Shown: piece by piece, positions 26,129 to 37,729 of the stretch
Numbering within the stretch: position 1 is the first letter of the stretch
Layout of the letters: each line of letters begins with the position of its first letter
Source: Azolla caroliniana
Taxonomy: Eukaryota > Plantae > Polypodiophyta
Reading direction: 5' to 3'
Assembly: GCA_043228905.1 (NCBI GenBank)
Contig: JBHGNT010000014.1
Coordinates: 17,546,001 to 17,610,000 of the forward strand
Length of the DNA: 64,000 bases
Translations under genes and position numbers: made by a program
The notes under the pieces: generated by a model
Database searches by the model: none
The model's input: the letters and a program-made list of their open reading frames with translations, nothing else
Told to the model about the DNA's origin: nothing

Positions 26129-27334
26129 TTGATCATAATACAATTGCTTGAGCAGTGGTTAGCAAAGGGCATTTATAGAAATAAAAAATCTTAGGGGTGT
26201 TTGGGAGTTTTGTTATTATTCAACTTAAAGGAGATGTTTTCTTTTTTAGTAATTATGAAAAAGAAACATCAAACGCAAGTACCTTTCAACGTCATCCTCA
26301 CAACCAAATAAATAAGAAAAAAGCAACTACCTCTAAGCTTTCGTTATTTCCACAAATGGCCTTCGTCAACAACAAATGCTCTCAAGAAAACTTACATTCT
26401 TCATAGTTATAAAACACCACTTATTTTTACTTAATTAATTTAAGAATGGGACAATTAGGTGAGTGCATGGTTGGACATGCAATGGAAGGGTATAGAAGGT
26501 CATGGATGTGTCAAGGAAGTCTTCTGTGTGGATCAACCAACCTAGGTCAAAAGACCACCTTCATGGGAAAAAATGTCCTACCATCTACAAAGGTTTGTGT
26601 CCTAGTATCAAAGGAGGAAATTATGGTGGAAGACTAGGGGTCTTAATAAAGTGTGCTAGAGGAGATATTTAAGGCCAAGTTCATACCTATTTCTTGGGTT
26701 TAATATAAGAGTTATGTGGATGCTTGTATAATGATCTAATTATGAATGGTTTAAGTTATCAATTGATGGATGGCCCATGTTCTCTTGCCTTGATGATCTA
26801 TATATCATGCCCTAGTGTAACATGTCAAGGATGGTCTACATATAAGGAGTCATTAATGTTCTACGTATGTCCATTGTATGCATGGACATAAATTTGAATA
26901 ATTGCAATAGTGACATGTTTTCAAGCTTCACAAACATGCTCAGATACTAATTGCATGTCCATGTGTCATGATATTCACCAATAAAGCATTTGGACATGTT
27001 TCTCAAGCATGTATATTAATAGTGTTTGGATGAACTTGATGAGGAAAACCAACCTAAGGATGCTAGTATTAACATGTACAATATCAAGTTGGGGAAACTG
27101 ATCATGTTCTAATGGACACTCTCTTTTTATAGGCCATAATAATGAATTCATAGTAAAATACTCGAACATCTTGACTTAACACATTATTCAACAATTAAAT
27201 TGACATAAATGATCAAAGGTCAATACGAGGCAATAACTGGTATTGGTCTTATGTTGTGCTTGAGCTGTCTAAAGATGTGAAAATAACTCTAACTGGATTT
27301 GGTGTAGTCAGTGAAGGTGATGCTCAACACTAGG

Positions 27335-27947
27335 GTTTTGTGCGACCTCTGCCTTCTATCGAACTTATTGACGGTCCCGAATATGAGGTAGTTGTTATTC
27401 TCGATTCTAAGATTGTGCACAATAAGCTCTATTATCTAGTTGATTGGGTGGGCTATCCTCCGAGTGATCGGACTTGGGAACCCGTCAATAATGTTTCTAA
27501 TGCTCGAGCTCTTGTCGACGACTTCCATCACTGCTATTCGAACAAACCGGGCCCTACATTGTTAACTCCGACTTCCACTCATTGATCTCGAAGGGGAGAT
27601 AATGTCATGAATACATGAACATCATGGTTTCACCTGGGCTTGAACCCAAGACCTTGTAATACATAATCAAGAACCGAACCATTAAGATAGCCTATGGTCA
27701 TACAAAATGATAAAAGTTACTTTTTGTAATATACTGATTATTGTAAATACTTTGGAACATTCTAGAATATCCTAGAACATCTTAGAATATTCTAGGTGTA
27801 GAACATTATAGAAATCTCTAGGCTATTCTATAAGAACCTATAAATATAGACATACAATTATTCTCAAACCAATTTGAATCAACAAGTCCAGTCTTTAGCC
27901 CTCATTACATATCTTGTATCCATTCTTTTTCTTTTTCTATCTCTACA
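27335..27947 (+). mobile_element. 3' end of a Ty3/gypsy chromovirus (Tcn1-like): chromodomain, PPT and LTR
   Basis: EYEVVVILDSKIVHNKLYYLVDWVGYPPSDRTWEP is a chromodomain. PPT AAGGGGAGATAA is followed by TGTCATG at 27603. The putative LTR ends ...CTACA at 27947 and contains TATAAATATA. Confidence 0.82.
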
Positions 27948-28432
27948 CCCATGGAGATCGATATGACCCAACTACGAGGACCGTTGTCGGAAGAAGAGAA
28001 GCAACGATGTCGAGCAAACCGTCTGTGCTTATATTGTGGAGGTTCAAGACATATAGTCATTCATTGCTCCCGTAGGCCAAGACATCAGGTAAATCAAATT
28101 CACTATGACAAGAAAAATGAGTCCAACATTTTAGAGGTAGTTAGTGATTCTATAATTATGAATAATCCACCCTTGTCCAATAAGTTTGAGGTCCTAAGCC
28201 AATTAGAAGAGGAGTCAAACGAATAAGTCCTTCCAAAATAGGAGCCATTTGGTTGGACAACCCTAGATTTGTACAACCTAGTGTGGGTTCCATTCTTCCA
28301 GGCATGTTAGTAGAGTCTTCTCAGCCCAAGTACAAGTTAGGACACCGAGTTGTCAACTTGAGGTCCAAGCCCTCTTAGATACCAGAGCCAATTCTTGTTT
28401 CATGGATAGAGATTTTGCCCAAAAACACCAAT
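27948..28432 (+). mobile_element. Chromovirus gag zinc-knuckle and protease fragment (same family as 62167-63763)
   Basis: PMEID..RGPLSEEEKQR..LCLYCGGSRHIVIHC, then the degenerate protease ALLDTRANSCFMDRDFAQKH. Confidence 0.82.
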
Positions 28433-28589
28433 CACTGACACATCAATCTAGTATTCTTGTTTCGTCCCATTTTGTCTCTGTGATCTTTATCTTTGTCTTC
28501 ATGCTCTTGTGTCATTCCCAGCTTCTTAAATTCCACGCTCTTAGCCACATCATCCGTGCTCCGTCTGAGTTTGCAGTTGGTGTGTCTGT

Positions 28590-28735
28590 GATAGTGTGCC
28601 TGATGTTGTGTTTCGTAAGAAAACAACGATTTAGAGAAATGTGGAAATAGGTAGAGGTCTTCACCTCTTTTGGGGAGAGAATAAAGTGGAGATATGCTCC
28701 ATCAAGGTGGCTTTTTCCGCCCTTCATTATGGAAG
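28590..28735 (+). mobile_element. Dispersed repeat, probably the 3' end of an L1-type LINE ORF2; inverted copy at ~61320-61470
   Basis: GTAGAGGTCTTCACCT...GGAGATATGCTCCA..AAG.TGG.TTTTTCCGCCC is shared in reverse complement with 61340-61430 and reads VEVFT.FG.RIKWRYAP.RW.FPP. The LINE assignment is inference. Confidence 0.5.
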
Positions 28736-30289
28736 GATCCTGATTTTAGATGTGGAAATACAATTTCTAAGGTAGATGCTTGAGGGCTTTTGTTATTCAA
28801 CATGTTGGTTGATGCGGGTATGGTACTTGTGTTTTTGTGTATGAGTTCTTTGTAGCCTTTGGGCATCTTTCCATTAATACCAAGATGAATCTTAATTGGA
28901 AAAAAATGAGATAAATGATCCCATTACTTTGGTAATGTCTATTCCAACCAAGCTCATTAATCAAAAGAGTTATTATTAATAGATATACTGGCAAACACCT
29001 GTAATAAATTTGATTAGCTTAAGAATTCATCTTTATCCTTTTAATTAATATGAGCAAAGGATTTTGTGGCCTCAATAACCATTCGGATGAATGTTTTCTA
29101 TGGTGCCCTAATAATATTATCCTTCCAATTAGTGCAAAAAAACCCCATACACTCTAAGATTCTTCTACAGAGTTGTTTGTTCTTTCTTTTGAGAAAAAAA
29201 TGTTACATTGTGAAGTTATTTAAATATATTACATCAATGAGGGAACACGATTTGTTATGTATGTATGTATGCATGTATGTATGTACTGATTATGCCTATA
29301 TTTTTTTTTCTTGAAAATATCATTTCATTAGCTATAAACAGTTGTTACAAGAATGTTGACCTACCATCAAGCTTCCCTTGATATGTTGCACTCTTCCATG
29401 GGTCCCCATCCCTAAAGGATCTAGATAGTATCAATAGTCCACCACTCAATAACCTAGTTATGTAATTGGTGGTAAGAACAACCATATTGGTGGTGCTAGG
29501 CACCACATGGGTCTTGCATTTTGTAGTGTGAGAAAAGGGCCCTTGATATTATGCCTATGTTTGAAAAGGTTGGCAAAATTTTGGTCACAATGGTTTGTTA
29601 ATCTTGTCAAAAGGGTGATCTGTTTACATCAATGTTTGAGTTTACATGAATTTGCATAATTTCAAGCACTTTTCATAAAAAATCTCTTCTCCGCTTATTT
29701 TCAAGTCCAACATGTGCCGATTGATAGAGTCGAGATGTAGCATTATGCATGTGGAGAATGCTAGAGCAAATTGGAGCTTATGTAGAGAATCCTAAAGCAA
29801 CATATTCTCATGTTGTAGATGTTAGAGAGTGGTCTTTATTCGATTGAGAATCGAGCATCCGCAGTAGCAACACACAAACAATGTTTGATGAGTCATGAGG
29901 TGAGAAAACCCTAGGAGAGACAAGAGAACAAGATGAAGCAATGAGATAGATTATTTAGACAATGAAATGGCATCCAAGACTTGTGTTGATCAACTTGAGA
30001 TCAACTTGCGAGAACCCCCCCTTTTTATACATTACATAGGTGTAAGCATGAATTATGTTTTCGTACAAAAAAGAAACACAAAGATTCCCAAAATAGACTA
30101 ATCAACCCAACCACACAATCCACTTACTCTCACAACCACATGATCAACTTGTTAGCGGTGCCATTTCAATTCAAGTTGTAGCTTGTCAAAATGAGAGTTA
30201 TATGAGAGAGTTGTGTTTGAAGCCCTTGATCTCTCTCTCTCTCTCTCATCAATTACCACATCTTGCTTGGAATTTTGGATGTAAGCTAC

Positions 30290-30840
30290 AAAAGAATCAT
30301 AAGAGTAAAATTCTCTCATTCGGTTGGGTTGTTGACTTAAGAAAATGGTTCTGAAGATGGGGTGTGGATTATCTTTTAGAGCTTTCAGGCGATGCTATGC
30401 ATCATGTAATGATTAAGGAAAGGTTGGTGGAATCATTAAGGATGAAGTGGGAAGATGCTAAGAGGACAAAACTAGGATACTACATTGCAAATGTCAACCC
30501 TAAATGTTGGTCTCAATATAAGGCAAGAATGCCTATCGATTGTATCCAACCTTATCTCATTACCAATACAAGTAGTAATGCTCGTACAACCCTCACACTA
30601 CTTTGCACTTGATCTCACAAGTTAGATATCGAAGTTGCATCATGGTATCAAAATGTAACGAATTTGAAGGCATGGTAGAGGATGAATGTCACTTGCTCTT
30701 CACATGCTCGGCATATAGTGCAATTCATTAAGAGGGAATGATAACTTAAGTGCCCTACTTACGACACCAGCTAGAAGGTTGAGATCATATGTGTATGCCT
30801 TATTCACACATAGAGACTTTGTGCTTTAGTGTATGAATAC
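30290..30840 (+). mobile_element. RTE-type LINE ORF C-terminal remnant (second family); related copy on - strand at ~35330-35800
   Basis: LRMKWEDAKRTKLGYYI...SHKLDIEV...EDECHLLFTCSAY. Nucleotide similarity to the reverse complement of 35510-35660 (GATGCTATG..CATGT...AAGGATGAAGTGG..GATGCTAA). Confidence 0.6.
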
Positions 30841-33800
30841 CCCTTTTTAGGAAGGAAACACATATCAAGAACACATGTATACTCTGGTCCCATAGGTCAA
30901 AACTAACCTCTTTAAAGGTGGTGCATGGATATGTATAACCTTTAGCACATGGGGGTTCATTCTACATACAAGAATGATACGTGGACATTTGACTATTAAT
31001 GGTTGGCCTTACAATTTGACAAGTGTGGGTATAGGATGCACAAAGTCTGTCTTTCATGGGCAAACGAACCCCATCGACCAAGAGTTTAATGATGATCTAG
31101 TTTAATCTTATTTCTACATTACAAGGATAGTTTGAAAGCATTCAGGGGACCTCAGACACGAGTGAAGAAGCTAGAGGCCATTTCCTCCTGAAATGAAGAG
31201 GTTCTCTGATGCTACAGATGGTGGATGGTAATGCTACCATGGTGGTTGCTCCCCCCGAGGGTACCAAACATCGCAAATAGGTGGGCACTACTACATGAGA
31301 AGATTGGAGAATGTCTACGCTAAATTCGGATCATATGAGGCTCACATTGAGGGTATGCGGTTGAGTAATATTGTGCTCATCGGATACATGTTGTTATAAT
31401 CCAGATCGTCCAAGGGAAGGTTGCTCATCCTCCTCTATTCGTCCTTCTTGATGAGGTGATTATTAGCTTATTTTTTGTTGATTCCTTTGTACATGTTGGT
31501 CTCTTTGTAGCCATACAAGTTGGCTTGTAAGATATGAGTTGTTGTATATTATCCTATTTGCATTGACTTAACTAATGAAAGTAGTAAATTTTTTGGAAAA
31601 AAAGAAAAACAAAACCAACCTCTTTATGGATGATAAAAAAAAATTGAAATCAATCTCTCTCTCTCTTTATTGTAATTAGCTTGCCCTATTGGTAAGTTGT
31701 TACACTACAAGCCACTATGTCTTGGGTTTCAAACCCAATTTTATTCTCCTCTTTATTATATACTCCATACCTATCTCTTCACTAGATGCCACTGTGGAAT
31801 GTAGGGGTTGAACCCATGACCACCTGGTCTCCATTGGGACATCTCTCTCTCTCTCTCTCTCTCTCTCTCAGAGTTCGACTCCCAACTTTATTTTATTGAT
31901 TAAATGGAGGAATCAAGTTGGGAACATCCTAACAATAGACAGAAAACTAATACTAATACTACAAGATGTAGTATAAGATATTTGAGAACATTAGTAAACA
32001 AAGAACACAATTTAGAGAGATAATGCAAGTCCAATCCCAAAGCAATTGTATTCTCAATGACAACTCATTTTAAGAGTTTGTGCCCTATTCCAGAAAACTC
32101 TTGGTGAAAGATTCTAATGGTTGAGGTGTGGGTTGCTCAATTGGTTAGATACTAGTGGTTATAGTGCCACTCTGAGATTACTTTTCATAACTCATGGTAG
32201 ATACTTAGATCTTGTGTCATTTATCAATAATGAAGTCCTCATACTAAGATCAAGTTTACAAATATCAATTGTCCATTCTAGATGGATGGAAGCATATAGA
32301 TGAGATCATGCCATCTAGATCAAAGCTCCAATAAATATAGGTAGGTAGATGATGCTCAAATCAAAGTCTTGGGCAATTCTTTGCCATAATGTGAAAACAC
32401 CCCCTTGACATAGAAGTTCACAAGTAAATAACTCTCTTTTGGTGCCAAATTTGTGGTAGTTAGGTCATAACATAGTGTCATGTTCCAAGTTGTTAATAGT
32501 CATACTTTTTTATTTTATAAATTGAGCATAAGCTTATAGATTCATAGATGACATCAAGATCAAAGCTTGAAAATTTACCATGACGTTAAAAAACTCTTCA
32601 CTCTTTTTAGTGTAAGTTAAGGAACAATCCATGTTAATGTCAACCTTAAAATCCTTAAATTGTTTATAGTTGAATTTAAGCTTAAGAACCCAAGTACTAA
32701 TGTCTCAATCTAAATGCTAAATCAAACCTTGAGGAACTCATTGTCATAATTTATAAAAGATCCCAAGTAATATAAATAGCTTTTGGCGTACCCTTAATTA
32801 TGTTGTAAAATAGAGTCATAATGTAAAGGACAACTTCAAAGTTGTTAACAGTTGTTTTCAGAGTATGAACCTTGTGGTTAATCATTAACAAATGATGCCC
32901 AAATGAAATCTATAACAAGAAGAGAAACATTATTTGAATAGAACTCTCCACGCAACCTAAATTTAATTCACTTCAAAATATCAAGCTAGGCTAGATGCCC
33001 ATGTCTTTTTGGTGTTTGTTTCAATACATAATCAAGCTATAATCTAAAGGTCAAGCACCAAAGTTGTTAATAGTCGCTTTGAAACGCAAATACGGAATAA
33101 CCACAACTCTTTACGAACAACCATGAATAAAATTTCCTAAGTAATATAACTCTTTTATTTTTGTGTATATGTAAAGTTCAAATTAAGTTGTTAACAGTCT
33201 TTTTTGTATTTCTAGTTGGGTATGCTCCTTATAACTATTTAACTCTTGAATGTGTTTTGTGGGATGGAAATATCATTCATCATAATAACATTGGTGAATT
33301 TTGGCTACGTCACAATTAGTCATGATTTTCACAATATTGAGGAATTTAGAAACAAAATTTCCTCTATAAATTGAAGCAAAAATGGGTCTTCTATATGAAT
33401 AAATTTCTAGGTTTGCCAAAATAAATTTTAGTCATGGTTTCTTGGGTCTTTATGCTTTTTAGCCTTTCAGGAATTTTGAGCTTTTTGAGAGAGAGTTTAA
33501 TTCTTGTTGGAGCAATAATGTAAAGAGAAACTTGTTTTTGTTTCATAAAGAAGAAGCAAAAGATGACGATGAAGGGCATTTATGAGATTTGTCCAATTCA
33601 TCTTCGTCTTCATAATGCTAAATTTGCAAAGTTAGTTTTAATGTTTAAATCTTTCAAGAGGAGTGGAGTTAGACTCCATACACAATTGATTGGGGCCATA
33701 CTATTCTAGTATGGTTTTTGGGGGGTTGGGGTGAAAATGATAAATTTGCTAATCGATTTATTAGTATAAATAAACTATATGAGCTTGTATACAATAACTT

Positions 33801-34185
33801 GAGATACTTATAAAATATGCTTATCTTAGTATCTTAACACGTTAAATGATTTTGGTTTAATAATTTGAGATAATCATTAACCATGGTTAGCTTGAGAATA
33901 TAAACATGTTAAATGGCTTGCATCAAATTAGATTAATAATATCATGATGTATAAAGGGACTTTCCTATGCCAGTGTTGGTGATACAAAGGGAGAGTGAGT
34001 GACTGAATGAGAGTCTTTAGATATATTAGATGAAGAGGAATTGCACTTGTGTAACTTGGTTGGCCACCATTTGTCATTTGTATTGGTCTCTTAATCACAT
34101 ACATTGTTTGGTATTATTATCTTCATGGGGTCATACTTTTTGGTGCTCTATTTGTATGGTAGTCTATTTCCATAATTCATTGTCA

Positions 34186-34253
<68 letters not shown>

Positions 34254-34264
34254 CATTGAAGGTA

Positions 34265-34800
34265 GTAACTTTGATTATAGATGATGGCGGAACGTGAATG
34301 TAGTAGTCATTCTAAATCACCCTTCTAGCAAAGGTCTTCATTGGGAGAGTATTGATAGATTGGGGGTTTGCCTATGGGAGTAGCTCTAAAGAAACGCGGA
34401 TTAACAATATGTAATTGCTTCATTTGTATTGTTCAAGTGGAAGATAATACTCATTGCCTCATGTAATGTTCTATTGCTTGTCAAATTTGGAGTTACATTT
34501 TCTTGGATTTGGCAAGTTTTGTCACATAGTTATTTGACACCAAGATAGTGGATGTTTGCCAAATTTTAATTGGTCAACCCCAACTTAGAGATGGGGTTCA
34601 TTTTGTTATTTCTAAGATATTGGGGATTGTGTCATATTTGGAACACACAAGGTATGTATTTGATGGTAGGGATTGGGTTAGAGCATATGTAGGAAAGTTG
34701 AAGGGAGTATAGATATGGTAGTTATGTCTATTACAACAAGTTGAGGTTCTTTTGTGGATGTAGTGTTCGTTTTGTCTGATGATGATTGAACATGTCCCAC
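34265..34800 (+). mobile_element. Degenerate L1-type LINE remnant (zf-RVT region)
   Basis: Frame-broken KVF.WR...GLP.G.AL...CNCFICIVQVEDNTHCL..C.IACQIW resembles the non-LTR RT zinc-binding region. It is flanked by a (GT)n(GA)n microsatellite at 34188-34253. Confidence 0.55.
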
Positions 34801-35098
34801 TACCAACGTGGCGAGGGCACCCCTCAAGTATGCTACCATTGTATGATTTTCAAACATTTATTAATATAATTGTGTGTTTTCATTGAGAGAGAGAGAGAGA
34901 GAGGATTACAGTAGTTCATAGTCATAATTCATATATTTTATTTGAGAGAGGAGTTATTGTTGTTGGGATATTCTTCTTGCCTGTTGTTTCTTCCATGTGA
35001 CCTACTACTCATGTAGTGGTGACATAATAAGGTTGGTTGTTTATCTCATACAATTGATATAAAAAAGGTAATTACAATATATATATATATATATATAT

Positions 35099-35139
<41 letters not shown>

Positions 35140-37729
35140 TATTCATGAAGAGCTAAAATTTGGCCTATGTGACTTAATACTACTTTGTAGCAAAAACTCT
35201 TGATGTAAAATGATGCATGCACATATGTTCTTGCTCTTCTTGGTGGAGATTTGAGTATGGCACTTATATTATCATGTTTATCTAACATGCCATCATACCT
35301 TTCATGAAGTAGGCGAGAAGTTGACATTCATCTTGCAGTATGTTTTCATTACATGCCTCGCATGTCTTCATTCTTGGGTAATGATGACATGATGCTACCT
35401 CAACCCATCACTTGTGTGATTGAGTTTAAATGATAAGTGTTAGGGCCTCTTAGAGCCAAGGCTCGTGGGACAAGTAAAATGTGGTTGGATACATTTAACA
35501 TTTGCCATTTATTGGTGCCAACATTAACAACACAGTATTCCCAATTTGATATTTTAGCATCATGCCACTTCATCCTTAGTACCTCTAGTAATCAATCCTC
35601 GATGATCACATGCTTCATAGCATCACCTAAGAGCTCCAATAGATCTTCTACTCCCCTTTATTTTTTTAGCCGTTTCATAATGTCAAGCACCCAACTAGAT
35701 GATAGGAATTTCCCAATATTAGTTTTTTGTACCTTCCATCCTACGTTCCAAGCCTTTTTTTGGCAATATGTGATTGGGCATATTCTTGACTACTAGGGAC
35801 CAATTTCATCATATAAGACAAACCATGATTACAAATATAGGTGGAATCTTGCTATCTATATTGAAATAGAAATAAAAGCTCTAGGTTTCCCAAAAGCTCC
35901 ATGATAATAATCTTGATGCATGAAGTATAGGTTCATTAAATGCCCTATAGCTCACGCATCGCAACATTTAGAAATACTTATAAGATATGGTCCAAATGAT
36001 GAGCTAAAGATATTGTTCCAAATTTTATGATATTGGGAGTTGCAAAACATTTGCAATATGGAACATTTTTTCATGTTGAATGGTAGGCGTGGGGTGAAAG
36101 CTAATATTAAGAAGTTGAGAGACATTCTCATGTGGAATTTCTAGATGTTAGAACATGTGGGGATTACTTCTTCAAATGCATATTTAGTTTTTTAATTGGG
36201 TTTACAAGATGTCCCTCTACCTACATAGTTAGAGATGACGAAGAAGCTGTAACAATGGGTTTTATGTACAATTAATATAATTGTGGGCTTTTGAGAGAGA
36301 GAGAGGGGGCAAATTTATGTAGGTCAGTTGGTAAGGTTGTCCAAGGGAGACTAGAAACCCAAATTTATGTAGGTTAATTGGTAAGATTGCTTGACGTCCA
36401 ACCCTTATACATTTCACATGAGGTGTGAAAGTTGGGTTTCTAACTCAAGATCTAGGGCTAATAGTTTAACAACTAGGGGGAACTAGTTAAAATTGCATAA
36501 AAAGAAAAAAGAACTTAATTTCAACTTGAATATGTTGAGCACTTCATCCTACCAATTGACAATGTAAGAGAGGTCACAAAATCCAAACCATGAAGAGAGA
36601 CAATTGTGCAAGGTGGCATGTCATCATTCTAAATTGGTGGTGTGTAGTGTGTGGGATTGTGTTCACGATACTAAGATCTAGAGCTCTAATTGTTGTAGTA
36701 AGTTAATCATGGCAATGTTTTCTTTCATAATGAAAAGCATTATCTACAAAAGATAGATGAACCCAAGTTGAAATATTTTGTTACTCTTGATCATTTGTAT
36801 GTTTGGCATGATATTGAAGCAAGAAATTATATTTTGGTGTAGGGTTTGTATGTGGTAGGCATGTTGGATTGTCAATTGTGTTTCGATTGTACAAATGTAC
36901 TCATTCTTTCTTTTCTTCACTCTCAATAATGCTCTACCATATAGAGATACATGCACCATGCAATTACATAAAAATCCAAGTATTTCTACAAAGTGTGATT
37001 ACGCTACCATCACCTATTCATGCTCAATTTTTTGATTTCTTGAAATATACAAAATAACATAATAGGCGATCAGATATAGAAGAGCCCTATTATACCCCCA
37101 ATTAGTTGTATTTTTATATTACCATGGATCTTGGCATCATTGTTTAACGTAGTTTTTATTTTCATAGCTATGCCTCTTCTTTTTTGTTAATCATGGATTT
37201 ACACAAATGTTCACAGAAGTTAGAAAGTAGAGTTGTATAGCACTACTACAGACTTGAGTGAACTCATGAAGAGAGATATTTGCCAAACATTATGAAATAA
37301 ACATGTCTTAGATGCTAAGGACAAATGCAACACTAATATGTGATTGAAAAATACTTGATTGCAGACTACAAAATCTTATGGACTAAAGATGCACACATAA
37401 TTCAACCCTCAAATGTAGGTAGCAAGTGAAAGCACCTTTCTTCGAAACATATACTAGCTCTTGCTTTGTTTGATGAATTCCTTGGAAGATGAACTATTAC
37501 TTCAATACTAATAAGATGGTTTTGAAGAAATGTTTGGTAAATAAAGCTTGGGGTTTTTTAAATGATTTCATTGGGATCGGTTGGTAAAGAGTAACAATTA
37601 GACACTTAAAAACTATATTTGATACAAATACTATGGTATTAAGATGATATCCACATTGGTCAAACTATGGGAAAGGTATATATAGGAATTGATAACACTT
37701 CTTATCATCGACATTGAGAACCATATCAA

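Noticed and set aside
27625-27692. Functional tRNA gene
   Set aside because: The acceptor and anticodon stems do not pair properly; kept only as a tRNA-like finding.
29815-30245. Possible solo LTR
   Set aside because: LTR-like composition, but I could not define termini, a TSD or a partner copy.
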